Source: a virus. Taken from it: 39,184 nucleotides of DNA. Every line of letters begins with the position of its first letter. Within the stretch, counting starts at the first letter, position 1. The notes beneath the pieces were generated by a model. It had not been told where the DNA came from. It saw only the letters and a list, made by a program, of their open reading frames with translations, and searched no databases. This document shows, in pieces, positions 1 through 9,200 of the stretch. The stretch is taken from UHGV virus genome UHGV-1367746; one strand, given 5' to 3'. The position numbers and the translations under genes are program-made.

Positions 1-52
1 GTGACTTATGGTTGTGACTTATGGTTGTGACTTATGGTTGTGACTTATGGTT
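1..52. repeat. Tandem array, 4 perfect copies of 13-mer gtgacttatggtt at window start (terminal repeat region)
   Basis: Direct reading: positions 1-13, 14-26, 27-39, 40-52 are identical; same unit repeated at window end. Confidence 0.9.
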
Positions 53-485
53 ATACAGATAGAGACTCAGAGGCAGACCAATAGTCCCTACCTATCGTCT
101 CCACCACCACCGATAGTCATGACCTATCGTTGACTTGAGGTATTTACAGCCGGTCCAACCTTATGATAGACTGGGGTAGGGCCTTGGTCTGGACTTAAAG
201 AGGGCCTATGGGGAGACTTGAGGTTCTTGAACTGTGAGATGTGGTCTCAAACTTTTGGTCCAAAACTCATCGTCCCTCTTAAGGAGCCAGCTACTGTAGG
301 TCAAGGACCGTAGGTCTAAGACCATCGGATGACGACCAGTGAACCAATCAGTAGGTAGACCAGAGGTGAGAGCCTGAATGGTGTTACCTAAAGTCCTTGA
401 CTACAGTAGCTAAGGTCAGTAGAGTGAGTCTTTATCCACTTACTGACCTTAGGTCTTCCGCTCATGAATCGTTACCATGATTGCG

Positions 486-644
486 TTAATTACACTGAGA
501 GACCAGAGAACATACGAGAGTCTCGACCCACCCGACCCACTGACTTCCATCAGTAACGCCAGCAGCAAGTAGAACAGCAGCAAGAAACCTGTATGTAGCT
601 CGATTGGTCGCCAGAGCTTTAAGTACAGCTTTGGTCTTTGCCAT
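486..644 (-). CDS. Small hydrophobic protein, gene 19.5-like position (about 52 aa)
   Basis: ATG at 644-642 with AGGAGG about 10 nt upstream; hydrophobic stretch FLAAVLLAAGV; lies downstream of large terminase and the phiOR-like promoter as T7 gene 19.5 does; not in supplied ORF track (below 60 aa). Confidence 0.3.
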   Translation of the reverse strand: MAKTKAVLKALATNRATYRFLAAVLLAAGVTDGSQWVGWVETLVCSLVSQCN

Positions 645-823
645 ATGCTACATACCTCCTGTATCTATGGTCGGTGACTATCTGTATTGGAGGTATTATG
701 ATTAATATCACCTCCTTCCATCGGTGCAAGCCTTAGGTAAGAACTCGGAGTCTGCCTCCTAAGGTCTTGCATAAAGTCTGCATATGTATATTCACTACAG
801 TAATACTATAAGTAACCGGGGGT

Positions 824-846
824 CTTCCCTATAGTGATAGTTAAGT
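824..846 (-). promoter_or_regulatory. Phage RNAP promoter (phiOR-like), +1 at 829
   Basis: Minus-strand sequence CTTAACTATCACTATAGGGAAGA; matches the 11-member promoter family; T7 also has a promoter after gene 19. Confidence 0.75.
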
Positions 847-940
847 CTAAACTCCTTGTAAAACAGTAGGTTAGACTGGTAGTAACTATAGGTTACTAAC
901 TGCTTATTCATGCAGCTTTCACCTATAGTTATTCATTCAG

Positions 941-2707
941 CTAGTGAAACGTAACGTAGGCCCCTAGTCCCAGCTCGTCGTCCGTATCGTGAGTTACTCG
1001 GACCCCATTGTCCCAGAACTCAGTGTGGATGGACTCGAAGCCTTTCCGTGGGTTCTCCATCTGTTCCTCCAGCCACTCCTCAGTGACTTCACGTTCGCCT
1101 TTGTTGGCATCCTTAGCCATAGACTCAACGAAGAACTGTACACCGATAGCCAGCGCATCAAGTCGGTCATCGTGTGCCAAGGCTCCACGTTCACGAGAGA
1201 TACGGGTCATCTGGTAGAAGAGAGAGTAGATAGGGTTACGAACACCATCCTTATCAGAGGCTGACTGGTAGTCTTGGACGATAGCAGCAGCGTTAACGAT
1301 AAGTCTGTGAGACCCCATGATAGGCTCCAGAACGTCACAGATGCGGAGTTCCTTCTGACCCTTACTCTTCACTTCAGTTACAGCCGCAGGATGGATACGG
1401 GCCGCTACAGGCTTGAATAACTCAAGGTACATACCATCACCGAAGTTACCCTCAATGACGTATTCGTTGACCTTCCACTTACGACCAATCTTAGCCAGAG
1501 CTTCCAGAGTAGAGTCTTCATAACCTCCACGCATACCACCAACTTCCATAGCGAAGATGTAGCCGTTGAGCTGGTATAGTACCGCATATCCAGTTTCATC
1601 CTTACCACGACCACTAGGGTCAATGACCAGAATCTTCTGGGTGTACGAGCTGAAGGCAGAACCTACAGTCTGATACGTGTGGTATGAGTCACCCATGAGT
1701 CCAACGTTAGGAACGTCCTCACGCTTGTTCTGAGGGTTAGGAAGCCATTGGTAGACCATTGGGCTAGACGCTGGGTCCAAGTCTGCTACGATAAGGTCAC
1801 GGAGCTTCAGAGGGTACTTCTCGGCATCACTCAGGTTAGGGTTAAGCATGAACTGTAGAGCGAAGCCAGCTTTACCATAAGACAGCTCACGTTCCTTCAG
1901 GTCCGTATCATCGAATCGTACTTCATCGGTAGGACGCCAGTAGAAGGACTCAGGGTCCTCTTCCAGCTCTGCCTGAAGCATCGGTGCCAGACGGTCGCCG
2001 TAAGACTGCCAGTCCTTCTTATCACGTGGATAACGAGCAGGCCAGATAGTAGTGGTGTATCCACGGCCTTCCAGCTCACGATACAAGGTCATCTCGTTCT
2101 GAGGAGTACCCAGATAGATGATTGTACCTCCCGGCTTCAGGATAGCGTCGAACTCTTTCACAAGCTCTGACAGACGGTCTCTGGCAGCCTGAGTCGCTGA
2201 GTTGTTCGGAACCTCCACGTCATCGGCAATCAGGATGTCAGCACGACTACCAGTCAACTGACCAGTGATACCAACAGACTTAACCGAAGGTGAGTGGTCT
2301 GGCTTGGCTGGCCCAACGTCGAAGCTAATAACCGCATCTCGCTGTCCCTGCTTAGGTTTGAGTTCCTGAAGCTGAGGCATGAGGTCGATGATTCGCTTGA
2401 TGAAGATGGAGTTCGCATCGGCTCGTTCCTTTGAGGCCGACACAATCATGAACTTCAAGTCTGGGTTGTTCCATAACTTCCAGACCACGAAACCACAGGT
2501 CAGAAACGACTTGCCGATACCACGGAAAGCCTGAAGGATGAAGCGGCGATTATCCCCAGCAGCCAGCTTCTTACACATATCTATCTGGCAGCGTGTTGGA
2601 ACCGGAAGGCTAAGAGCTTTCCAGAGAACGAAGATGAAGAATACGAAGTCGTCCCTCATCCTTCGGGTCATTTCTGCCTGTCTTTCAACAGGTGTTTTCT
2701 TAGACAT
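941..2707 (-). CDS. Terminase large subunit (T7 gp19-like, DNA maturase B)
   Basis: 588 aa; extended identity to remembered T7 gp19 ([96 protein letters not shown]). Confidence 0.95.
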   Translation of the reverse strand: MSKKTPVERQAEMTRRMRDDFVFFIFVLWKALSLPVPTRCQIDMCKKLAAGDNRRFILQAFRGIGKSFLTCGFVVWKLWNNPDLKFMIVSASKERADANSIFIKRIIDLMPQLQELKPKQGQRDAVISFDVGPAKPDHSPSVKSVGITGQLTGSRADILIADDVEVPNNSATQAARDRLSELVKEFDAILKPGGTIIYLGTPQNEMTLYRELEGRGYTTTIWPARYPRDKKDWQSYGDRLAPMLQAELEEDPESFYWRPTDEVRFDDTDLKERELSYGKAGFALQFMLNPNLSDAEKYPLKLRDLIVADLDPASSPMVYQWLPNPQNKREDVPNVGLMGDSYHTYQTVGSAFSSYTQKILVIDPSGRGKDETGYAVLYQLNGYIFAMEVGGMRGGYEDSTLEALAKIGRKWKVNEYVIEGNFGDGMYLELFKPVAARIHPAAVTEVKSKGQKELRICDVLEPIMGSHRLIVNAAAIVQDYQSASDKDGVRNPIYSLFYQMTRISRERGALAHDDRLDALAIGVQFFVESMAKDANKGEREVTEEWLEEQMENPRKGFESIHTEFWDNGVRVTHDTDDELGLGAYVTFH

Positions 2708-3137
2708 AGAGTCCCTCCAGCATTAGGTCCCGGACAGAGATAGCCTCCTCTAAAGTAGGACGTGTTGTTCGCATATAGACATTCCCGCGTTTAACCTGAA
2801 TCCTATAACCATTCTGGTGACGGGTAACGCACTTCACTCCCGTCTTAGAGTCATAATGGCTACCCGTATTCCAAGTGTTCTCAGCGGCAGTAACGAGCCG
2901 TAAGTTACTTAAGGTATTATTGCTGGGGTTCCTGTCGATGTGATCTATTTGCATACCATGTGGTATAGGACCATTGGTTAGTTCCCATATCACGCGATGT
3001 GCCCGCTTACTGCCTAGACTTCGTGTCTGTACTATCCAATATCCCATCCGACTTAATGTCCCCACAGGCTTTCCAGTCCTAACGGAGACCAGACCGGATG
3101 GACTCGCCTGGTCCACTTTGTAGTAATCACTTAACAC
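2700..3137 (-). CDS. HNH homing endonuclease (free-standing)
   Basis: 145 aa; HNH motif region [41 protein letters not shown]; inserted between spanin and large terminase genes and overlapping both ends by a few nt. Confidence 0.85.
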   Translation of the reverse strand: MLSDYYKVDQASPSGLVSVRTGKPVGTLSRMGYWIVQTRSLGSKRAHRVIWELTNGPIPHGMQIDHIDRNPSNNTLSNLRLVTAAENTWNTGSHYDSKTGVKCVTRHQNGYRIQVKRGNVYMRTTRPTLEEAISVRDLMLEGLYV

Positions 3138-3564
3138 CTTGGAGCCTCCTTATTGTGTCCTGAAGCGCCTTCTCCTTAAGGTCTGCCTCCTGAGTTATTC
3201 GGATAAGACTTTTAGAAGTTTCTGGGTGTAGTTCGACTCTACCATTAGGGAAGCATCGACTGACATCTGACTCGGTGAGACCTGAGGTGTTGACCTTGAC
3301 GCGCAGCCGCTTATTGTCAGACTTAAGGTCAGCAATAATCCTATCAGTGCTGCCTTCCAACGAGGACATTTCGTCCTGAAACCGTTTGGACACTTTGTTG
3401 ACTTCAGCTTGGACAGCAAGCCTTGTATCTTCCGATGCCTTAAGATTCGAGGTGTATTCTGCATTGACCTTAGCCTCCCACTTATTGTTAGCGGTGTGGT
3501 AGCCACCAGCAAACATCACTGCTGCAAGTAACCACGGAGCCGCTCTCTTTAAAAATTCGAGCAT
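3127..3564 (-). CDS. i-spanin (Rz-like, T7 gp18.5 homolog)
   Basis: 145 aa; N-terminal TM segment; similarity to T7 gp18.5 (MLEFL..., LEGSTDRII.DL.SDNKRLRV.V.T, ALQDTIR.LQ). Confidence 0.85.
   Translation of the reverse strand: MLEFLKRAAPWLLAAVMFAGGYHTANNKWEAKVNAEYTSNLKASEDTRLAVQAEVNKVSKRFQDEMSSLEGSTDRIIADLKSDNKRLRVKVNTSGLTESDVSRCFPNGRVELHPETSKSLIRITQEADLKEKALQDTIRRLQGVK
3195..3419 (-). CDS. o-spanin (Rz1-like lipoprotein) embedded in +1 frame of the Rz gene; start uncertain
   Basis: Embedded frame encodes hydrophobic signal plus lipobox LTISGC followed by short mature peptide; no ATG or GTG near the signal peptide, TTG at 3419 is one candidate (ORF track uses ATG at 3512). Confidence 0.4.
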   Translation of the reverse strand: MLSKLKSTKCPNGFRTKCPRWKAALIGLLLTLSLTISGCASRSTPQVSPSQMSVDASLMVESNYTQKLLKVLSE

Positions 3565-3627
3565 AGTTGCCCTCCCGGTTTATCAGATTTCACGTAGAGT
3601 CGCCTCCACTAGTTAGTGTTAACCATA

Positions 3628-3654
3628 AAGGCCACTACATATAGTAATGACCTT
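3628..3654 (-). promoter_or_regulatory. Conserved RNA hairpin (candidate RNase III processing site, R18.5-like) between small terminase and spanin genes
   Basis: Minus-strand RNA AAGGUCAUUAC-UAUAU-GUAGUGGCCUU forms an 11-bp stem with 2 G.U pairs; member of a 4-copy family with the same stem core. Confidence 0.5.
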
Positions 3655-3665
3655 GAGTCTAACAC

Positions 3666-3929
3666 TTATTGAACACCATACCCTGTGTCATTATCCTCAG
3701 TCGCTGAAAGCACCTTATCGTACTCTGCGTTCAGGGCCTCCATATCAGCCAGCGTCTTCTCGTCAACAGACACCTTGCTTAACACAAAGTTGTGACGAGC
3801 AAGCAGCTTCTCAATGGCGTTGTAGAGCTGAGGTGAACGCTTAGTGTCATCCCGCAAGTCTTGCAGCATGAGTCGAGCACGTTCAGTATCTAGCATTAAG
3901 AGGAACTTCTCTAAGTCCATCTGCGTCAT
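3666..3929 (-). CDS. Terminase small subunit (T7 gp18-like, DNA maturase A)
   Basis: 87 aa; similarity to T7 gp18 (LEMLDT, RSPQLYNAI.KLL.RH.F); synteny. Confidence 0.85.
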   Translation of the reverse strand: MTQMDLEKFLLMLDTERARLMLQDLRDDTKRSPQLYNAIEKLLARHNFVLSKVSVDEKTLADMEALNAEYDKVLSATEDNDTGYGVQ

Positions 3930-4120
3930 GTTTTACCACCTCCTTTAATCGTTTTGTAGACTAGCACACCAATCTGGACAACGGTGTACGCGATAGCTGC
4001 AACGTAGAACCATTCGTTCAGTGTAAGTCCGAAGAAGAACCGACTGGCACCATCAGCCGCAGCGGTCCCAACGATAGGAGAGGCTTTAAGGACCTCATTC
4101 TTGAAGTCTAACTCAATCAT
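3926..4120 (-). CDS. Holin, class II (T7 gp17.5-like)
   Basis: 64 aa; near-identity to T7 gp17.5 core (KA.PIVGT, FFGL.LNEWFYVAAIAYTVVQIG). Confidence 0.9.
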   Translation of the reverse strand: MIELDFKNEVLKASPIVGTAAADGASRFFFGLTLNEWFYVAAIAYTVVQIGVLVYKTIKGGGKT

Positions 4121-4162
4121 AAAACCTCCAGTTTAAAGCGGGTCGTCCTTGACCCAAAGTTG

Positions 4163-6163
4163 TTACCAGTAGTACCAATCACCTTTCCTACTTCTAATTA
4201 GAACAGAGCAATCGGCAACGGGTACTGTAGATACCCCACCAATCCTTATCTCATATAATTTACTGGGTAGTCTTTTCTTAGTTAGAGATGCTTTAAAATC
4301 TGTACCGGTTACAGTGATATATTCTGTCCCCTCCTCACTAGCTATCTGTAGGTCCAGACCACTGGGACTTGCTGGCAACTTAACATAAAGCTGCTGTTCT
4401 GCTGTACTACCGGCGAAATGACCGATAACGGTAGTTGTCCACTCACTCAAAGTCAGCCCTGAGCGCACAAAATCTACATTAAGGGGTTCCTTAATAAGTG
4501 CAGCAGGTGCGTTGTAATTATGCCCGTTAAGTACATAGTAGTTGCTGCTACCAACCTCTACTGTGTCTGCTGTGCAATAGGAGTGGAAGGTTCTTGAATT
4601 ATCAAAACGATAAAGACTTCTGATTAGCACACGCTCTTGATTACTTCTGGTTAAGATACCACAACCAGCAGATAGGTGAAGTGTAGAGATGGTAAGTGTA
4701 TGACTCTCGCTGTTAGCCTTAGACGACAATAATGATACCTTCGGCTCACCCACCTGAGTGAAGTCTTTACTGTTGCCCTCGCAGTACATAACCCCAATGT
4801 CCCACGCAGCAGGGTCCATTGTTACCACACCAGCACCAGATGTATTCTCAGAGCAAATCACACCAACACTAGTAGATAAACCACGACCTAAGATAATACC
4901 AGCACCTATCGTATATTTACTCGCATCATCTGTGATTGGGTCATAACCTAGTCCAGTAGACTTATCTGTACCCCATGCACTAATGTGAGGGAAGTGTGTA
5001 GCATTTACATAGGTATCCCCTTGCTCACCTTCCGTTGAATAACCTAATGCCACGCCCCTTGCACAGTTGTTTGCATGGAGAGTACCCATTTGAAAATACC
5101 AGCAAGCAAACATTACAATGCCATATCTATTAGCATTATATGCATAGATACTACCCATCTCGGATTCTGCACACATTAGTCGTGCGTAAAAACCATACGA
5201 TGCAATGTCTGCACAGTCTATGTTAAGACTGCCAATCAAACGTAGCCCTCGTACTTGGTTCTCAGTATTAGCTACATCAACGGTTTTGGTTCCAATAGGA
5301 AATTTACTAACACGAACAACAGATTTTAATGCAGGCCATGTTGGACCAATTGCTTTAATTGTTGCCCCATTTAGATTCCCACGTAGGTAAGAGGGGATAA
5401 CAACCTCATCTGTTACGTGGTAGGTAGCCTTGCCATCAAGGTTTAATGTGCCTGTAGCTATGGCCAATTTTATAGCAGGTAGACAGTCAAAGCTGGGGTC
5501 GTTCGGGATTGCCCCAAAGTTCTCAGGTGAGTGCTCATCAAGCCCATTCAGCTTACCTACGTTAGTCCAATTGGAATCAGGGGTTGAACCTGCAGGCACT
5601 GTTTTTGGGAGAGCACCATCCCAGCGGTAATAATAACCATCCTCTTCCCTTAGCAGGACCTCGTTCCATAGTGTAACGGTGAAGCCTTTCTCGAAGGAGC
5701 TACGGGTAATATAGCCAATTAGACCAGCCTCCCTGATACTCGAAACTATTCGTCGTGCTTCGTCCTCGCTATCCTTAGCGCTGCCAGCAGAGTTACCAGC
5801 AGCATCGGCATATTCCTTCGCTAAGTCAACAGTTTGGTCTCGCCCTTCTTCTGCAATATGGATAGCCTGAAGCTCCGAATTGGTCAGGTCACTAGCTGTC
5901 AACACTGAGCCATTCCTGAAGTCTACCACTAAGTCAGTTCCAGTCTGACGGTGAATACGAACGACGTCGAAACCTGATTGGTCAGCCAACATCTCAATCA
6001 TCGTTGGATTAAGGAATCGGTAATCTCGACCAACTTCTAGTACACGGTTCAGGGCAGGGTTAGAGCTATTCACCAGCGTAACAACAACAAACGTTCTGGC
6101 TAGGTAGTCGAACTCAATCCTGTACCGAGTGTTTCCTGAAGGGAATTGTGTAATCGTGGACAT
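4163..6163 (-). CDS. Tail fiber / tailspike (gp17): T7-like N-terminal adaptor domain with divergent C-terminal receptor-binding domain
   Basis: 666 aa; N-terminal about 150 aa matches T7 gp17 (F.YLAR.FVVVTL, DYRF, D.T.GS.L.A.DL); remainder lacks T7 shaft repeats and looks like a beta-helix tailspike (inference). Confidence 0.9.
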   Translation of the reverse strand: MSTITQFPSGNTRYRIEFDYLARTFVVVTLVNSSNPALNRVLEVGRDYRFLNPTMIEMLADQSGFDVVRIHRQTGTDLVVDFRNGSVLTASDLTNSELQAIHIAEEGRDQTVDLAKEYADAAGNSAGSAKDSEDEARRIVSSIREAGLIGYITRSSFEKGFTVTLWNEVLLREEDGYYYRWDGALPKTVPAGSTPDSNWTNVGKLNGLDEHSPENFGAIPNDPSFDCLPAIKLAIATGTLNLDGKATYHVTDEVVIPSYLRGNLNGATIKAIGPTWPALKSVVRVSKFPIGTKTVDVANTENQVRGLRLIGSLNIDCADIASYGFYARLMCAESEMGSIYAYNANRYGIVMFACWYFQMGTLHANNCARGVALGYSTEGEQGDTYVNATHFPHISAWGTDKSTGLGYDPITDDASKYTIGAGIILGRGLSTSVGVICSENTSGAGVVTMDPAAWDIGVMYCEGNSKDFTQVGEPKVSLLSSKANSESHTLTISTLHLSAGCGILTRSNQERVLIRSLYRFDNSRTFHSYCTADTVEVGSSNYYVLNGHNYNAPAALIKEPLNVDFVRSGLTLSEWTTTVIGHFAGSTAEQQLYVKLPASPSGLDLQIASEEGTEYITVTGTDFKASLTKKRLPSKLYEIRIGGVSTVPVADCSVLIRSRKGDWYYW

Positions 6164-6209
6164 TATGCCTCCTTTGTGATTTAAATGGAGACCTATGGTA
6201 GCGCCTCCA

Positions 6210-6232
6210 GTTTCCTATAGTGATAGTTTAGT
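6210..6232 (-). promoter_or_regulatory. Phage RNAP promoter (phi17-like), +1 at 6215
   Basis: Minus-strand CTAAACTATCACTATAGGAAACT upstream of tailspike gene with AAGGAGG RBS. Confidence 0.75.
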
Positions 6233-9200
6233 CCTTGATGTGGATGCCTTGCTCCTCAAACGTTCCAAGTAACAGCTTCTGGGTAATTGGGTCGTTCGGA
6301 ACCAGTTCACGGAACGTATTATACATCCCGGTCATGTAGTCACGCTCGTTGACGCGAGTATCAGCCTTGAGGTAGCCAGCCAAGTTGTAAGCCGAAGCGC
6401 CAACGTTAGCAGCATATCCGAAAGCTGGAACCTGCTCCAAGAAGTTACCAACAACATTCATAACAGGGTCACTTGTAGCCGCACCATACGCGATGGCACG
6501 TTCAGGCTTCTCTGTAGGCGAACGAGGTAGGATAGACGAACGGAGCATCTTAGTGTCCTCATACCCAGCGATGCCACCCAGAATGTTAGCTACCCCAAGT
6601 GGACCACCCAGATGTGAACTACGGGACAGAGCCGCATAACCAATCATCGTCGGGTCAAGAGCTTGCTTGAGGTATTCACGGTCTCTGCCATCCTGCATAG
6701 CGTAAGCCTTGACGTGAGCCTGAGCCATGTAGTAGATACCAGCCAGACCCATAGACATCACGGTAGATAGAGCAGCATCCATCGCTCGGTTGTTCTTCGT
6801 GGCGTTATAGAAGGTTCGCATGGTACGTCCATTGATGGACTTGATGACGAAGTTCTTAAACTGAAGGACAGTCTTAGCGAGAGGACCATAAGCCTTGGCA
6901 TCCATGTTTGACAGCTTGTGGGGCCGGAGTAACGTTTCGTCAGCGATGGTGTCACCCATACGCCACAGGTCCATAGCCCTTGGGTCCTGACTGAACGCCC
7001 TCTTATCCTTGATGGTGTACTTCCCGTCTGGACCACGAGTCACTGACTCACGGATTAATGACTTAATGCCCTTCCACTGCTCGTCAGATATACCAGCGGT
7101 CTTCAGCCAGCGGTCATCGAACTTACGCTTACTACCAGTCAGGCTATGCTCCACGATGTCAGACAGGAAGCCTTGACGTCCAGCATCTAACAGGTAGTTG
7201 GTCGTACCGTTGAGAACTTTAGTGAACGGAGAGCGTACTGCAAGTTCACCAGTGTAATACTTGGCAGTCCCCAGAGCTGTAGCTGTACCACGACCGAGGT
7301 CACTGTAAGACCGCAGACGGTCAATGACATCCTGTTTAGATGGGCGTATTGAGTCATCAAGTTCCTTACCAAAGATAACATTGTGCAGGTCCTTAATCTC
7401 TGAGGCCCCAACCTTCTTGTTACGGAAGGCTAGGTCACGGAAAATTGGGACTCCATGCAGCATTGCACGAACGTTACCACGGGCCAGCATACCACCAATC
7501 TCCGTTAAGTTCTGAACACCCATATAGGCATTCTTAGCGAAGAACGATAGGTCTGTCATTGTGCGCATCACGGTAGCGAAGGCTGCATCGTCAGCACCAT
7601 CACGTCGAGCACGACCAGTTAGAATCTTAAGTGTGTCACGCAAGGTAGATACTTCACCTTTCAACTTTCCGTCATCACCAGCCTTGTTCATCATGGTCTC
7701 AACCAAGTCCTTCATTTCTTTCGTTGTCTTGCCTGTACCAGCCATAATAGCAATGTCACCATTAACTCGACGGTTGTATGCCGGGACAATCTTGTCCATG
7801 TCCCACTCACGCAGGTTGTTGACACTGAAGGTTTGACCATTAGGAAGAACTATTGACATATCGCTGTCGAACAGGTTACGAGCCTCAAGGAAGCTGTTGT
7901 TCTCCAGACCCACCAGACCATTGATGTTCTCTTCCATTACGGATGAACGCTCGAACTGCTCGGTGTGAGAGATACCATAAGCCTTATCGTTGGCGTACTT
8001 ATCTACCGCAGCCGCAAGTCCTTCTGGAGTCAACGTAGGGTCAGCCTCTAAGAGTGCCTCGTCCACACGTTTCTTGACCTCAGGTCGAGACGCATAGCTG
8101 GTCAACCATGACTTCTTGATGGCCTCCTGTAGTGCCTCTGGACTTCCAAGTTCCTTGATGTACAGCTCCTTCATCTGGTTGCTATATACATGTGGGACGT
8201 AGGTTCCCTTGAATCGGCTACCCGGAAAGATAGACTGAGCGTCTGGACGACCAAACATCGCCGGGTTCTCCATCATCTCACGCTTGGCGTCAAACTGGTT
8301 CTTCAGCAGGTCATAGACTTTCAGTTCTCCCGGAGTCAGTTCAGCCTTCAGGTTCCCACTTCCGTCTTCAATAGCCATAGACACACGCTGGTAGATGTCC
8401 TGACGGAATGCGCCAGAGTCTCTCCAGAATGCTGTCTGGAAGTATGGGTCCTTGAGCGCCTCAGTAACCGCGTCGTCGATGTCGTTGTAGAACCGATGGT
8501 CCACAGCACGAAGTCTCTCGAATACGTCTGACGCAGTGGTCCCGATTTTACCTGAGGCCCCTGACTGCATACCGGTTGGTGAACGCACTAAGTCGGCAGC
8601 GACTCCACGAATCTCAGGGTTCTCAGACCGAAGCAGCTTCAGGCCAATCTCAGTTAGTCCACCAAGGTTCACACCAGCAGCTGCACGTTCAGGCTCAATC
8701 ACTTCGTCAAAGACCTTACGTGTCTTAGGGTTCAGAGGGTTCTCACCAATCAGTATTGAACCATCTTCAAGTCGTACACTACCCGGCTCATTCGGAACGT
8801 CAGCTAACTTAACGCCTTGATGACTAAAGGTCTCCTCACCTTCTTGAATAGGTAGACGAGACAGGTCCTGACCATCAACGTTACGGGCTGTCTCACGAGC
8901 TTCCAGACGTGTGGCTGGACCAGCGAACTCGTTAGTGTTACGACCTAAGGCTCTGCCTAAACCATCAGCGATAGCAGTCATACCTCCACCGAAGAGAGCA
9001 CCGCCAAGGATAGCCTCAGCCACATGAGCATCACCGCCAGCCACTGAGGTACGGGCCATCTCGGACACACCAGCCAGTGCTCCAGATTGAGCAGCCACGG
9101 TGAACATCTTGTTTACTAGCTTACCACCTTTACCAACCTGTCCAGCTATAGGAACGTAGGTCAGCGGGTCTACACCAGCACCAATCACACCAGCAGCTAA

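Noticed and set aside
1-52. Possible CRISPR array suggested by perfectly regular 13-bp repeats at both ends
   Set aside because: Units are contiguous with no spacers and far shorter than CRISPR repeats; they are tandem terminal repeats of a phage genome.
880-940. Two additional ctatag-containing motifs (aactataggttactaac, acctatagttattcattc) resembling promoter fragments
   Set aside because: They lack the conserved CACTATA core and upstream CTAAACTAT block of the 11 family members; probably degenerate relics or part of terminal packaging signals.
3195-3512. Full-length 105-aa ATG-initiated version of the embedded spanin frame
   Set aside because: A 52-residue extension before the signal peptide is implausible for an Rz1-type lipoprotein; only the signal-peptide-containing 3' part is retained as a low-confidence o-spanin.
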